64,000 nucleotides of DNA from Candidatus Omnitrophota bacterium (GCA_022703585.1 JAKLDJ010000001.1:246891-310890), one strand, 5' to 3'; shown: positions 27,401 through 42,400, counted from the first letter of the stretch. Program-made: numbers and translations. Notes: a model not told the origin generated them from the sequence alone.

Positions 27401-30400
27401 CCTTATCAATGGGTACCGCAAGAAATGCAATATCGTCCTTGGGATCATCTGGCTCAATGTCCGCCCTACGCACCACAACCTCTGCCCTGGCAACAAACCT
27501 GGCTCCATGCCTGCGGCCTCTTAAAACGGCAATCGTTTCCTCGTCACACACAACGTGTGTAGCAGTAGCCAAAATATAATAACCGAACTCTTTGCCGACG
27601 ACAAAAGTGCTTCCCGACCCCTCTCTTCCCGACTTCTGCGCTCCTGGCGCATGCGTTCTCGGTGCCGGCTTTCCGGGCGCATAACCATGTTTTAGCTTGA
27701 ATACACTGTTCGCGAACACACCCTGCCTGCAGCGCTCGCGCAGGAGGTCTTCAGCGCGCGTTTTCACAAGAAGCCTATTCGCTTCTTCTTGTTCAAGTCC
27801 TTTTTTAACCCGGGCGATTTTTTTGTCTGCTATTGTATCCAGCACATACCAATAGAAATGTTTACTCAGAGACGCGACTATAATACCCACGAATACCCAC
27901 GAACACACGGCGTCGAGCCCGAACAGCGCACTCGATTCTTCGGCCGCAAGTTCTCCGGCGGCGGCTGTTTTCTCCCGTTGGGCCGCGTCAAGAGTGGCAA
28001 TCTCAGATTGTTGAGGGCCGAAACGCCGCGCACGATTAAGCATTCGTTTTGAACGGATAATATCCTGAGAGGTCACCCACTGCTGGGCCAAGACATCAAC
28101 CTGCGCAGTCTCAATCGTAAGCAATTCTTTTAATGCGGCTTGCCAATAACCGCCGCTAACTACCGCCGTACTGACGCCAAACCATCGCCCAACCATGGCG
28201 GGCCCGGGAAGCGTGTCCGGATTATTGTCTTGGACAAATTGTACGAGCTCCTCAACGATTGCACTAACCGGGTTACGCGCGAACCGCGCCGCTCTTCTGC
28301 GCCGGATATCAGGCTCTAGGCTTAATAAATCGAGCGCCTCATACCAATGCGGGTTAAATATCTCTTCCGGCCAGCCAAAATGAATCTTAACATCCCGGCG
28401 GCGGGGAAGCTTAACAACCGACGGGTCATCGAGTACCCGGTTAAGATAGCGAACAATCGCGCCGGTTAATTGCGCCTGGGGCACCATAACTCCTTGGGCA
28501 ACAAGAACGGCGCAAACACCGTCCCAGCGTTCCCGTACGTAATTTTCGGTAAAACCAAACCACGCTGGTATCATTTTTATAGACGGAAAAGTGCCATATT
28601 CCGCGGCATACCGAATAATCTCATCGGTGATTGCTTGTGTTTTATCCGTCGCGAGTTCAAACCGGGCAGAACGCTGCAGCGAGGCGTTTCCTTCTTGTTC
28701 GATTGCGCTTAATACACCTCTTCGGTAATATTTGCGGATAATCGTTTCCTCCATCCCGAACCAAGCGCCAACAATGCGCGGATGGGGCACGGTATTTTTC
28801 GCCCGCTCAAGGATAGTTGTCGTAATCGTTTGAATGGGGTCCCGTTTATAGCTGACGGCGCGGCGCATCGTTTCATCGCCCTCCACCAGCAGAATATCAA
28901 GCGCATCCTGATAATCCGAAGCGATAAAGGTGATACCGAAACGTTTGAGGATTTCATTTTCCGAGGCAACATACCGGCGCAGCAAATCATCCTTAAAATC
29001 TTGCATAAGCGCTAATGCAATGGTACGCGGCCGGGTGGCGAAATTTTCGAAGCCTGCCGCCATTTGCACCCTGCCGGTAGCGAGCACAAACAGCATTTCC
29101 ATGGTTGTCGCCCAATAGCGCCCAACCACATGCTTAGAAAGACCGGTTAAGATCGCCACTTCTTTTTGCATAAGCATTCTGATTCTTTCGTCGTCGCGGG
29201 AAAACGCCGCAGAGACAGCATAAAACATGCGCTCAACAATTCTATCGGCATCTGTCAGGCTGTCCTCGCTCATCCGTGAGCTGATAACCGCCCTCTGAAG
29301 TTCGCTCTTGCGCATTTCCGGCAACCAGCACGTGCCCGCCGCATACGCCGCCGGCTCAAAAGGCGCCAAGCGGTTTACGGCAATAAAATAAATGATTTTT
29401 GAAACATGGATTGTCCGGGCAATTGCTTCCGGCACCTGCCCCACGGTATTCTTCCGGGCAGCCGAAAGCAATGTATCTTCATCGTTCTCGAACATAACCC
29501 GCAACCGTTCAATAATCGCCTGACGCAAACGGCACATAACAAATTCGCTGACACCCAGTTCACGCGCAATAGCACGCTGGGTTACCCCGGCGCGCAAACT
29601 CCGGATAATATGTTGCTCCCTCGGTCCCAGCCGGGGCAGATATTTATCAAAAATAAGCGCGACAAACTCGTCCTTGCCAAGCCTTTCTTCAACATCCGGC
29701 ATAGACGAACCGGCAAGCACATCAATTTCTCCGGGCGTCATTTCTTCGCCGTCCGACGCTAAAGAAGAAAACGGCACAATGGTTGCCGGCCCGCGCAAGA
29801 AGGCCTGAACCTGCTCTTCTTTTAATCCTGCCTTGCGGGCGATATCCTCGACACCCGGATAACGATTGCCCTCCATCTCAAGCGCGTGGCGGGCTTTAGC
29901 AATATCACGGCGAATATTATTAACCCAGCGGGATGTCCATCCTTCCCTTCTCGCTTGGTCGAGCATCCGATTGCGCACTTTTGATATAACATGGCTGCGC
30001 AATGACATCCCCCGTGAAGAGTCATAGGTCGTAAGCGCCTGCTGCACCCCTTCCCAGCCGCCGCTGGTCAAGGTTTCCCATTCGCTCGGCATGCCAACCT
30101 TCCAGGCAATCTGATGAGCCATACTGCGGACAACCGATTCCCACTGCGCATACTTTTGCTCTTCCTGCATCCTGCCTATCATCATAAAAGGTAAAATGAA
30201 ACAACCCAAGGCCTCGTCTGCTGCGTCGGCTGCGGGATGAATTACTTCTACAGATGCATCGCTGCTGCCGTTGGATGCGGCTGCCTTCTGAGCGGGAAGA
30301 ATATTTGCACGCGGCCCTGCAGCGCTATCGCGTATCGGTTGAGCGATATGATATGTATCAATCATCGCCATCACTTTCTTCAAATATTTCAAAAATACCG

Positions 30401-33400
30401 CTCGATTAGCGCCAAACAAAGCAGCAAGCTTGGGGCAACTCGGCAGCCCGTCGTACCCTGCCGCCCGACAGATGGGCAATATTGTATCTATGATTGTTTG
30501 TACCGGATCTTGAGAAAATCGCGCAGCCCGTTGTAACCGTTCATTGTCATCCGTAGCGACAATGTCAAGCGCTTCATCCCAATGAGGTTTAAAGACCTTC
30601 CGCACCCCGCCAAAGCGAATGCAGACAATCCGCCATTCCGGTATCTTTAAGGCAGCCGGGTCTTTAAACATATCTCTCAGGTATCCAACAATAGCTTCAG
30701 CAAGATTATCTTCGGAGGGTACCAATCCCCGTTCGGCTAACAGGGTAATAGTGTCAACCCAATATGGCGCAATATTGTTTCTATCAATGCCAAACCAACC
30801 GGAGACGACAGTCTGCCCGGGAACACCCTCATCGGGATGCTCGCGCATCCAGAGTTCTATTTCATCAGCAATCGCCGTGACGGGATTGCCGTGTTCGCGA
30901 TAGGCAAGGTCATACCGCGCCAAACGCCGCAACGCCACCGGACCTTCCGCAATCACGAGCTCCATCGCGCCCGACCAATACAATTGAGAAACCGCTGTCT
31001 GGCTCATGCCTATGCGCTCTGCCATTTCGCGATGCAATGGCAGGGAATCGCGGTATTCCTTCAAGATAATATCGGCAATGAGCCGGGAGGCATTCCCTTC
31101 TTTCGTTGCTAAGGCCATGGCTATTCGCTGTAGCGTTGCCGGATCTCGGGTATACGAACGGCTTTCCTGTGCTACGATAGAAAGCGCTTGTCGATAACGC
31201 GACCAATAATCGCTATTGGGCATCCGCAATCCGAAACGCCGCGCAACCTCTAGGCCAGAGAGTACGCGCGATTGATTACAGTTATGCTGAAATTCATGTA
31301 ATATCTCAAGTGCAATTGCCCGGGCTCGGTAGTCAGAAAGCGTAAACCGGGCAATTTGCTGAACGCGAAAATCAGAGCTAAGAACAATGAGGGCTTCGAC
31401 TGCCTGGGTATAATAGGGGCCTATATGAGACGCTGGCATTCCGAGGTCTCGCGCTATTTTTGACGGCAAGGGAAGGCGTGCATACCTTCGAGAATTCTCC
31501 ACAGCGTCTTGCAATGCATAGTAAATACGAACGGTTGGGGTTCGATGCTCTTCACCTAAAAACAACAAATCAAAATAATAATCAACATCAATTACTGCTT
31601 CGGCTTGATACTCCGGTATCTCAAACGGGCTTTGATACCCTTCACCCGAGTGAAACGGAAAACGTTCATTAACGAACTGGCAGGGCTTAGCGCTTCGCTC
31701 CTGACTTTTTAAGAATACCTCCAGGCTGGTGATACCTAGTGCCCGAAGCTGCGGATGCGAACGCAATAATATAGGATGTATCCTGCTGGTGAACTGGGTA
31801 GAAACTGCTGATTCTGTTACCGCAGGAGTTCGCCGCCCGGCCAATACCTTAAGCGACACACCGTCAAATTTAAATTCCATAAAGTCATTAATCAGTTCCT
31901 CGGGAATCCGGTATCGACGCAATATATCCCGTATAGCACTACGGATACGCGCCAAATCATAGCCAGCCATCTCGATAAATCTATGAGCATTTAAATCTTT
32001 TACATTAACTCGTATTTCGTCCTCTCCGCCGCTTCCGGCTACCGCCGCCTTCTCCGCCAGGCCTTCAAGAGAAACAGTCCGCGAAGCTTTTGAAAGCGTA
32101 ACTATCCCGTTGCGCTTTTTCCCAGTGATTCCTTGCGCCCGCAGATAGTCGATGATAACGGTGTCAATAATATTCCTGAAGGCAAGTGCGTATAATTTCT
32201 TTATTCCTCTCACGCCCGGCACAAAAGGCTCTGTACTGCGGACAGTCGTGTAGCTGATAGCTTCTTGATAAACACGCAATGCCAATTCCTGGTATTCGTC
32301 CGAATCAATGCCATAAAAAGCATACGACAACAATCTATTGGCAATAGCCCCGCGAAGGCGCGGCACCATAATATTGAGGAGGGCCTCATAGGAATATTCT
32401 TCACCTTCATAAATCAGTTCCAATAAGCGCGCCGCCTTCTGGTCTGCATCGTCTATTGCCAGCGCTTGTTCTGCGGCACGACGATCCTGGTGCGTCGGCT
32501 GCCATATACGAGAGGAAGAACAAGGCACAGCGGTTATATTTAAAATTTTCCGCATTTTGTCAATGCCGCCGTAAATCGCAATCGCGCTTGCAAAACGTCC
32601 GCCCATGACCTGGGTATCAAAGCTCTCAAGCGAAATACCTGCTTTGATCAGTTCCAGGCGCATATACGCCGCGGCAATCTCAACGGGAATATAGCGCCAG
32701 GGAATAAATTCGTTATAACGCTCACAGCGCGCGATATAATCCAGCCAAAACTTAAAGAGTGTTGCTGGCCGCGCATCCGGCCGGGATAACGCGCACTGCA
32801 GCCGATATAATGCCTCTATGAGGTATTCGGATTCGGTTTCTTTACATGAAAGCAAGAGACCTTTCAGTGTTTTGTTATTAAACGCCTCAATTGGCTTGTT
32901 AATAAAATCATTAACCGTTAAATCCCATACCGTTTTCTTGCCGGGCTCGGCCAGGAGCATATCGACAAACGCTTTTAGAACAGCAAGTCTCTGCTTACGC
33001 GGCAGCGCGTGAATATCTTGCCAGAAATTCATGTAGCCTTTGGGCGGAGAGGTTTTAAAGCGCTCGATATAATCCTGTGCTGAAACTTCAGCGCGCTGCG
33101 CCGAGACCATCCCGAACAGACAGAATACGCTTAAATCCAAGAAGGGCAGAAATGCGAAAAGCTCATAACCGCCGTCATTAAAATTGACATACGCGTGCGT
33201 GTAGCGCCGGGCCAAATCAACAATAGAACGACGGATTAACGCCTGGAGTTCCTCGGAGGAAATGCTTTGAGAAACCAGCGGCCCGGCCCATTCACTCAAT
33301 AAATCCTGATTAAAAATACAATCTTCGACAAAGCTTTCCATTTGTCGGCGGAAGTCAGCCGGTAAATCCGGAGCCATGGTCGCGACAATCTGCTTGGTGT

Positions 33401-36400
33401 CGATAACGCCGGTATCAAACCACGCTGCAATTTCCTTTCTGCAATCATCACGCGCCGCGCCCAATAACGGTAAAACCGAGAATAAGAACAGCGGCAGCAC
33501 AAAGCAACCAACGCTCTCGGGCCCGCGCTCATCAGCGGCAGACGGTACTGTTTTGTTTAACTCCAAAATAAGAGAATGGATATTCGGGGTTTCACTCGCG
33601 GTCTCAAGACGCAAAACATCCGGCTTTTGCGGCCATGAAAGGGGAACCAATTTCTCGCTATCGCCGACCGCAAGCGCCAGGGTGCGATAAAAAGCAATTT
33701 CACTATCGGCGCTAACACTGCCGGTTACCATTAAATAAGAAATACGTTCAACCAGAGATGATTTGATGATTCTTGACGATGATATCCCGGGGTGGCTGCG
33801 AGGCAGCAAATCTGCCTGCCAGTCAACAACCTGACTGATGATCTTGTTATCTCGTAAGGACATATCGATAGAGGGATTAAACTCTATTTTCATCAGGCAG
33901 GCTATGCCCTCCAATGCCCCGCCGATGGCATACAGCGCCCGGTGGCCTTCTCCGGGGAACAATCGATTAAGTACCTCCCTGTTTTCGGACTTGGCATTGA
34001 GGATAGCACTGACGATAATAACCTGTCTGCCGGCCTCGACATAAGTCTGTTCGCCTAAGGAGAAGATAAATCCGGTCGCCGAATCAGTTGCGGCGCGCGG
34101 TTGTTCTACAACGGGCTCATCAACCTTGGGCTCATCGGCCGCGGATACCGGCGCCGGTGACTCACTATCGTCTTTAGGATCAACATCAAAAATGGCGGGA
34201 AGGCGCAACTCAATCAACACGTGGTCCGACCACGACTGGAATGTGGCGTTTCCGTCGATAAAACTATTCAGCAAAATATCTGTCCCCTGAGCCAAAGTCT
34301 CAAGCCTCAATGTGAATATCTTTCCTTGAGACGATGATAGGTTATAGAAAATCGAAATACCTAATATGCTTTTTGCTGAGCCCGGATAGTTGTCAATGGT
34401 TATGACGGCCTTATATGCATTACGCAGAATTACAGTAGAAACAAATTTCGCGATAATCGCCTGCAGCGCCTTTCGATAGGTATCATCAAGGCATTGAATA
34501 AGCACCGGCCGGTGCCACATAACATCCCAAGAGCATTTGTCGCTTGCGTCACGGCTAATATCCTCGAGCATTTCAATAAGGTCAAAGGCTAACTTTCCAC
34601 TGCTATCCACAACCTGCAATTGTTCTCTATCGGGCTCATCGACTACGTGCGTGACCATAAGCGACTTATCGTTTCGCGGCTTGCCTTCAGAAGCGATAGG
34701 AAGGTAAAATTCAACCATCGCGCCGTCTTTAAGAGGGAATAACACCGCACTGCCGCCAAACGTACGCGTGAGAAATTGATGAGCGTCTTCGGCAAACGAC
34801 GACAATAGGCTCGTCAGAAACTGCCCGTCGGGCGAGGCCAAGTCATAAGAAACAGAGATAGAAACCGGAACACTTTCTATCAGTTCGGTGTCGGTTTTAA
34901 CGGCGACGGTGGCGCGCTCCGCGTAAAATAGCGTCTTTGAAGAAATAAATCCGGCAATATAGGCTTGAAGCTCATCCCAGTACTTTAAATCCCCGCATTC
35001 AATAAACACCGGCTGATCCCAGGCAATATCCCAACGGCATTTGTCGTCCGCGATGCGATGAATATTGCGTAACATCTCAGTAAGATTAAACGCCGACTCC
35101 TCACCATCATCCATCCGGCCGACAAGAAACGGGATGCCGATAAACAGCAGATAACAGCCCAAGGCATTATCTTCTGACCTTGCCGTTTTCTTCCGACGCG
35201 ATTGCGTACCCTTATCTACCCTGCCGCGCTCGGAAACAGGCACGGAGGTACCGGCCGCAGCAGCCATGGATTTGGATGCGACAGCCGGCTCTTCAGCCTC
35301 GACCAATTGTGCCAATGCTCGGTCCGTGCTCAACATACTGAACATCGCGCTTACGGCTTTAATGCTGTAACCACTTTGCACGCTAGCCTCTTTGATGTCA
35401 AAGCCATCAACCAGCAAAGGCAACACGGCACGCGCCACCGCGCGGTGCTCCTTCGGCAAACGGCGAGCAACCTGCTGAATCAACGCCCATGTTTCTTCAA
35501 ATTCGTACGATTGCTCCGGGTCTTCGAAGGAGCTGCGTCCAACGATAATATTAAAGCCTCTCTCTGAGGGTGCTTCAATTCGCTGTTTAGTCATTCCATG
35601 ATGCGCAAAAGATTCATTTTTAGGATAGTGCTTTTTCCTCGGGATGACGGCTATCTGCACGCGCCAATCCGGATGTGCGGATAAAATCGGCAATACTTTT
35701 GGATAATGAAAATCAATACCCTGCCGGGTCACGCCAAAGAGGGCCGCGATTTCGGGTTGCGCCGGGAAGGAATGAACGCGGCTGGGGTCCTGGACATATT
35801 TTTCATTCAAAAGCTCTATCAGGGCATTGGCGATGGTTTGCTCCGGAGACACAAAATAGTCAATGGCACGACGTATCCGCAGATTATCGCCCGCGCGTTG
35901 CCTTAGGGCCGTGACGATCTCTGCCCGGTGACGATGTAATGTTCGCAAACTGATTCCAAAAAGACGGACGCTGGTATTCGATTCCCACGTCTTATGCAAT
36001 GTCCGCGCAACGGGTTTGTCCTGGAGAGCAGTAAAGATAATGTCTACAGTCTTTTCTAAGTCAAATTTCCTCCATGCCTTTATCGGAGAGAGTTTTTCCT
36101 GCTCTGCTGCCGGTTTAACGGCGCCAAGGAGAGAAATAAAGAACAGCCCCGTCCATAGCCCCAGGGTGCAGAGCAAATCTTCTTTGAAATCATCGGGCGC
36201 TATTTGTTTAATATTTAACGACACCTGCGGTTTAAGCGGTACTAAGAATACCGTCACCCTGCCCTCTGTATTTCTCGCAACAACAATATGCGGGGCATGA
36301 TAACCGCCTTCGCGCAAATCATAATAATGCCTGTTCCCTCCCTGATCCTGCCGCGCCCGCAACCAATCAGCATCAGCATCAGCAATCGGCCGGGCACCGA

Positions 36401-39400
36401 ATTTATCACGATAATAAGGAACGCGCGACGGTATTGGATCCAGGGTCAGGTACTCGATGGCATAGGTCTCTTTCAAGGCCTCAATGAGTGCGGTTTGCAT
36501 AATTTCATCGAGATTAATAAGCTTGCCCGCACTGCCACGGTACGCGGGAGCAATATACAGGTCATGAACATCAGTTTCGCGCAAGTCGCCAAACGCCCAA
36601 CCGAAACAAATATCACGGCCCTGCATTGCCTTGATGGCACCAGGAGTAAAATCAACCGGCATAACTACCCGCTGAAGATGCGGCAGCACGTGATCATCCT
36701 GAGGACTTACGACTGCGTCAATAAATCCTATATGCCGCTTGGTATCCAGGTCAAAGATATCTAGCAGAAAACAGTGGCGCTGGATAGACTCCTGATCACG
36801 GCGCAGCGTAAAGAATAGAGAAACCGCTCCTGCGCGGTAGATGGCATAGCCCTTATCCATTAACTCGCGGAAGCTGAATATGCCGATATCGACCGGAGAC
36901 ACTTTCTTCATATCCGATGCGCCCGCATCCACCATCCCTATAATCGGCAGCCAGGCCAAAGGCAGCAAGAACACGCAATGCACATCGGTATCCGTATCAG
37001 ACGTCAGCGGTCCGTCAGCGGCTACGTCCCGCAAAACCTGCGCGCGCAACGCCAGAGCCCGCTCGTAGAGGTCGCGAAAGAGCGCCGTTTCCAGAAAATA
37101 TTGTTTCAGCTGTTCGATGACAACAAATGACTCTCTAAAATACCGATACAAAATTTCTTGGGATTTCGTAAGGTTATTACTGCGACGTTTTGTCTCAATG
37201 ATATCTCTGACAACTTCTTCGACGCTCGGTTGCGACTGATCCCATCGATACGACCGCGTGCAGTCAAACATGGCATCGACCCAATCAAGCACATGAATAA
37301 TATGAAGCGCCATGTTCAGAGCCCGTCGAAGACTGCGCGGCAGCAGCTGATATTCCGGCAATGATGAGACGCGATCAGGCGTGTGGTGATACGAAACGAT
37401 TAATTTAAGAGCCCGCAGCATGTTGATGTATTTCAAAATGGCATCCTGGTCTTGGGCGTCGAGCTTAAAATAGCCGTTATCGAGCAGTATCTGTTGGAGA
37501 TTAAGCAGCCCCGGCGCACGCTCCTCCGCATTAAAAATCTTGATACTGAGCCACCCGAGCTCTTGGGAGAAATCGTCGTTAAAGATCATCTGCAGATACC
37601 GGTAGAGCCGCCGCGGATTAAGGCTAAACAAAAACCACGATTCTTGCGCATGCTGCTGCACAATCACAAGCTCGCTGGCAGTCAACCTGCGCGGCTGGCG
37701 AATTAATTCGGCGATGGTAACCTGCCGCACATCCGTGCCGTCATGAATGGCAAACCGGCGCGGCGAATCCTTGCCTAAATCATGCAGTTCGGCCGCGGAG
37801 CACAAGAGCCGCTGTTCCTCGGGAGAAAACATTTCCTGCGGCATGATAAATCGGCGTATGATTTCGATAGTCTTGCCACGGATAACCTTGCCCGGCCGCA
37901 AATACAAAACATCACGCACGCCTTTTATTTCGCGCTCAATAGCAGTAATATCAGCCAAATGGACGGCATGCGCCAGCTCTTCCTCTAACAATGTAAGCAC
38001 ATCGCGCACAAAAGATTGCTGCCGGTCGGTTAGCGGTGCGCCGTCTGTTAATGACCGTTCAATATCTGTAATGAGATCATTCCAGCCATTGCCTACCAAT
38101 GCCGCTTCCTGGCTTACCCGCCAGGCATGGTGCTGATTGTATACGTCACAATAAAGCGACAAATGCGAGGCAGTGAAAGACCCTCCGATAAACTGCAAAA
38201 GTTGATGTTCCCACGCAAGTTGCTGGAGCACGGCCCTGAAGTACTGGTCATCGCTCAGTGCCTCCGGATATTGAGTCGTCAGCCTCTCAATTGCCTTGAG
38301 GATACTCGCAAACTTCCGCTCTGTTTCCTGAACATCGGGCACCTGCACCATCATTCCGGTTAGCGGCAGGAAGGATGGAGACCACAGACTAAAGACCAGA
38401 GACCAAAGACTAAAAAGATTGGATACATCAGCCAACGGCAGCAGGATGCCGTTAAGCTCATCGCTGTCAGCCCTGGCAACAACACCATAGGCAAAGACGA
38501 CTCCGCTGGAAACAAATCTTAAAATCTGAACCTCTCCAGCCGGAACTAAACCTGCGTCTTTGAAGAATTCTTCAACGGTTTGGTTTTGAAAGAGCCGTTT
38601 TTCTCTATTTAATCTCTCGACGATAAGATCGTTTTCAGGGGAAATATATTTCCCGACTTTAATAACGGGAGAATCCGGATGGTGCATCAGGACAACGCAC
38701 AGGCCACCGGGTTTAAGGACTCTACGAATAGACTTAAGGGCCTTTTGGGGAGCGGCACAGTATTCAATGGTAAATTTCACCACAACAATATCCTGGGACC
38801 GGCTTTCAATCCGAGAAAGCGTTTCGGCGTTATCAACAATGACCTGGATCTTCGGATACGCTCTTATCCCAAGACGAACCACATCAACTAAATCAACCGC
38901 TGTTATCGCCGAGCCTCGGAATTCCCTTAAAAGACGTCTGGACAACTGCAAGGCCCCTGCCCCAACTTCGAGGATATTTAAAGGCTGTGCCCTATCCGAA
39001 GCAGAAGTTTCCTGACGGGTGCGAATGTTGTCGACAACCCAGTCGTTGAGCATATTTTCATTCAACGGACCAAAAGAAGAATAAGAAAGGCCTCCTAACT
39101 TGTTTTCCCAATATTCGCGCCAGGCCTCGGCCATAGCCGCCTCTTCTTCGACGGCGGCCCGGCCAAAAAAGGCTAGAAGGCTGAATAATCCTATAAATAA
39201 ATCAAAAGGCAAGGCAAAGACAAACGAGTGAAATTCGGCAACGGCGGTTTTTTCGGAAAGGAAAGAAAAGATTGCCCCAACTTTTTCTGAATGCATTCCT
39301 GCATATCTCAAGGATAAGTTGGGACTGTTTTGCTTTCCTTGAATAAGCTTTTTAAGAAAAGCAAAAACCGCCATACCGAAGGAGCTATCCCCCACCAGCC

Positions 39401-42400
39401 ACGGAAAGGTAGAATAGCCCTTTTGTGAGAACTTTCGGTATGGCGGTTCTATAAATTCTGCGCCGGCAAAAACAGGTTTGTTCGGCGCGTTTGAGTTCTG
39501 ATTCTTCCTTAACTGTTCCAGTAAGCCTAATTTGACAAAAAGCCACAGAAGCGTCACTGCCCCCGTGGCTACGATAACCGGCAACAGAGAATTAACCGTT
39601 TCTCCGTCTTCTTTGTTTATTTTATCACCGACCGGCTCGGTTACGAAAGTATTTAATAACAAATTTTTACGGTTGACCGCGTTCAAGTCGATAACAAAGA
39701 TTGTCCGGCGGCTTGTCCGTTGTTCTATCAGCGACTCAGCGAGCTCGACATCAACCCAGTTGTATCGATAATTTCCGGCTTTGGTTTTCCCTTTAAAAAT
39801 CCCGACTTGAAGAATCAGCGACCAGGCTGAGTCAGGGATATAGAGCAACAAAATCTTTTGACCGGCATTCTCCAGCAGGGTTTCCAAGGTGTTGCGGCGA
39901 GCGCTGTAGCGCGTCTGGGAATTTAAACCGGTCAAGACAAGGCGCTTTTTCGACGACCCCAGAGAGATGACGCCTTTGGCGCCGACACGAAGGAATGAAT
40001 TCTGATGAAGTTCTTCGTCAATCTGACGAATGGATTCTCTGGTATCCAGGCGCTTTTTTCGCCTGTTTTGATCTGCGCTGATTCTGTAAATCTTGCTCCG
40101 TTTCTGAGCAACCAGCACCAAAAGGTCATCCAGGAAAGGATACCCCGCATATTGGGCCCGCATCTCTTTTTCAAGGCGCGTTAAACTATCTAAGCAAGAC
40201 GGGATATTAGGAAGAAGCCTCAGTCTAAGAGCCTCCGACTGGCACACCGAGCGGGCGACAGCATCCCTCTTGGCGGCTACGGCCGCGGCAATTCTCTCAT
40301 CCGTCGCGATATCCCGATAGCCGGGGATTTTTAACAATCGCTCAACAGTGTCTATCGTTCTTGGCTCATCGGGCCGCCGGCTGATACGCCTGGTCAAAAC
40401 AGAAATCCTTCTTTCTTGCGCCTCTCTCATCTTCGCCTTGAGCAGATCCTCCTCGGCACGGGCTAATTTATTTTGCTCGATCAAATCCTGTATCGAAAGG
40501 TCATTTTCTGCCAGGAAAATAAAGGCCGGATCACTATCTATAAGACGTTTGATCTCCTGCATGCTGGTACCACGGCGCAAACCGCTCTTCAGAAATCTCT
40601 TAAGCGGTTTGGCATAAACCCCGACGATAAACGCAACCTTCTTTCCGGCGGCCTGTCTTACGTTTTCGCGGGCGGCGACAGAACTGTAGCGGCGGCCATT
40701 AAGCCATCGTGATATCTTCATCACCGAGGCCCATTCGCCGGAAAGCCGGTTCATGCGCGTAATAAGCTCAGATGCGAGCGCGTTTTGTTGCTCATCGTCG
40801 GTAGCGGTCATAGCCAAGGATGGGAACACAGACAGGGCCACAATCACGGCATTAAGATCGACCATGAAAAGGCCCAAAAGCCTGCCCTCATCTTCCGCAA
40901 GACCCCGCGATCCATTTGTCCGGTCCGTTGTCCGGGGGGTCAATTTTTGCAGCAAGAGCAGCGGATTGACAACAATACCTTTGGTCGACAACACTAATTT
41001 ATCGGCGTACCGGCAGACCAAGAAAGCCGCTGCGGCCAATAAAAACAGTGTGCCGACCGGGAACTCAAGGCCAAGAAGACTGCGCAAATCGGAAGAACCT
41101 GTTTGCTTGAGTTTCACCCCGAAGGCGCCTTCCCGAACATGGATAACCATGGATTCCCGGTCAGAACACGCCGTATAATACCCCTGGCTGTTTAATGGTT
41201 TTGGAAATCCAGCGGTTGTGCCGTAATGGACTAAAACCCGCTGATCATTTTGTTTAGCATGAACAAGCGCACCAACGGCGAGATTTCCCTCGGCTTCTTT
41301 ATAGAATTCAACAAACGACATCAGCGTTTGATATTCCTTATCGGTCATCGCCCACTCGACCGCAACAGGGTTATAAACAGTCAGGACATCAGCGGGTTTA
41401 TCTGTAAGCGTGCGCATAGTTGCATATTTTATGGCGCCCTGTTTACCAATTTTTACTTCCGTAATGCGCGGCCACAGGTAACTATGTACATATCGGTAAT
41501 AACCGTCGCTCAATAGCTCTTCTTTAAGCGACCAATCCAAATACTTTCGTTCGATCAAGGCGAGAGGCACAAGCACCACCCCCGTATCTTCTCCCGCGTA
41601 AATCTCATTGGCTATATCCAGGACAAACTCTTCACCGGCCAATCTGACAATGATATAGTTAGCTAATTTAATCTCCGTCGTGATTTCAGAATTAAAAGCA
41701 GAGATCATTTTATGCCGGAAACCATGCCGGGATAATACCTGCGAGACTTCCCTGGCTGCCCTATAACTGCATTCAGGGAAACTGGAATCGTGTTCCTTAA
41801 GATTCTCCCGAACGGTTTTAAGCTCTCCTATAAGAGCCTCGAAACGCGCCAGCTGCTCTTGTTCATACGGATTAAGCTCCTTTCTCTTTAACCACTCAAG
41901 GATAACCGTGTACCAAGGAGCAAACCAATTTTTCTCTGCCATCGCTTCGATATTTAAGAATGACTGGACGGAGAATTTGTATTCGCGCATAAAGCTGGTC
42001 GGGATAGCAAAGAATCTATCTTCCGTGCTCAGGAAATCTTCTACCGCAGCCTGTTTGTCCATTTCAGGCGTAAACGCCGCTGCCATCCGCTTTAAGAATT
42101 CACGTGTAACACTTTCCGGAAGACGTGACTTTTCTATAAAATCAGTTAGTGTTTCTTTCTGATAGGAAATCTCCCGGTCAAGCGTACTGAAATGGCGGGG
42201 AGTCAGAATATTGTGGAGACGGTCGGCTGCCTTGACAATATGCAGATATTCGAGTAAAACCTCAACCCCGCCGTATTCTTCCAGGTCAAGGCCAGCTAAA
42301 AGACCGGAGAAATATTCCAGGCCATTGACCAATCTTTCGAGATATTGTTCATTAGACTCATCCTCGCCCTTAGTAAGCATCTGAATCCCGGCGACAATAA

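Noticed and set aside
3262-38412. CRISPR array or other non-coding direct repeats (heptamer tracts, the 250-bp repeats, the 30-bp duplication)
   Set aside because: All the repeats are inside the coding frame and diverge at the protein level. There are no regular spacers and no cas genes.
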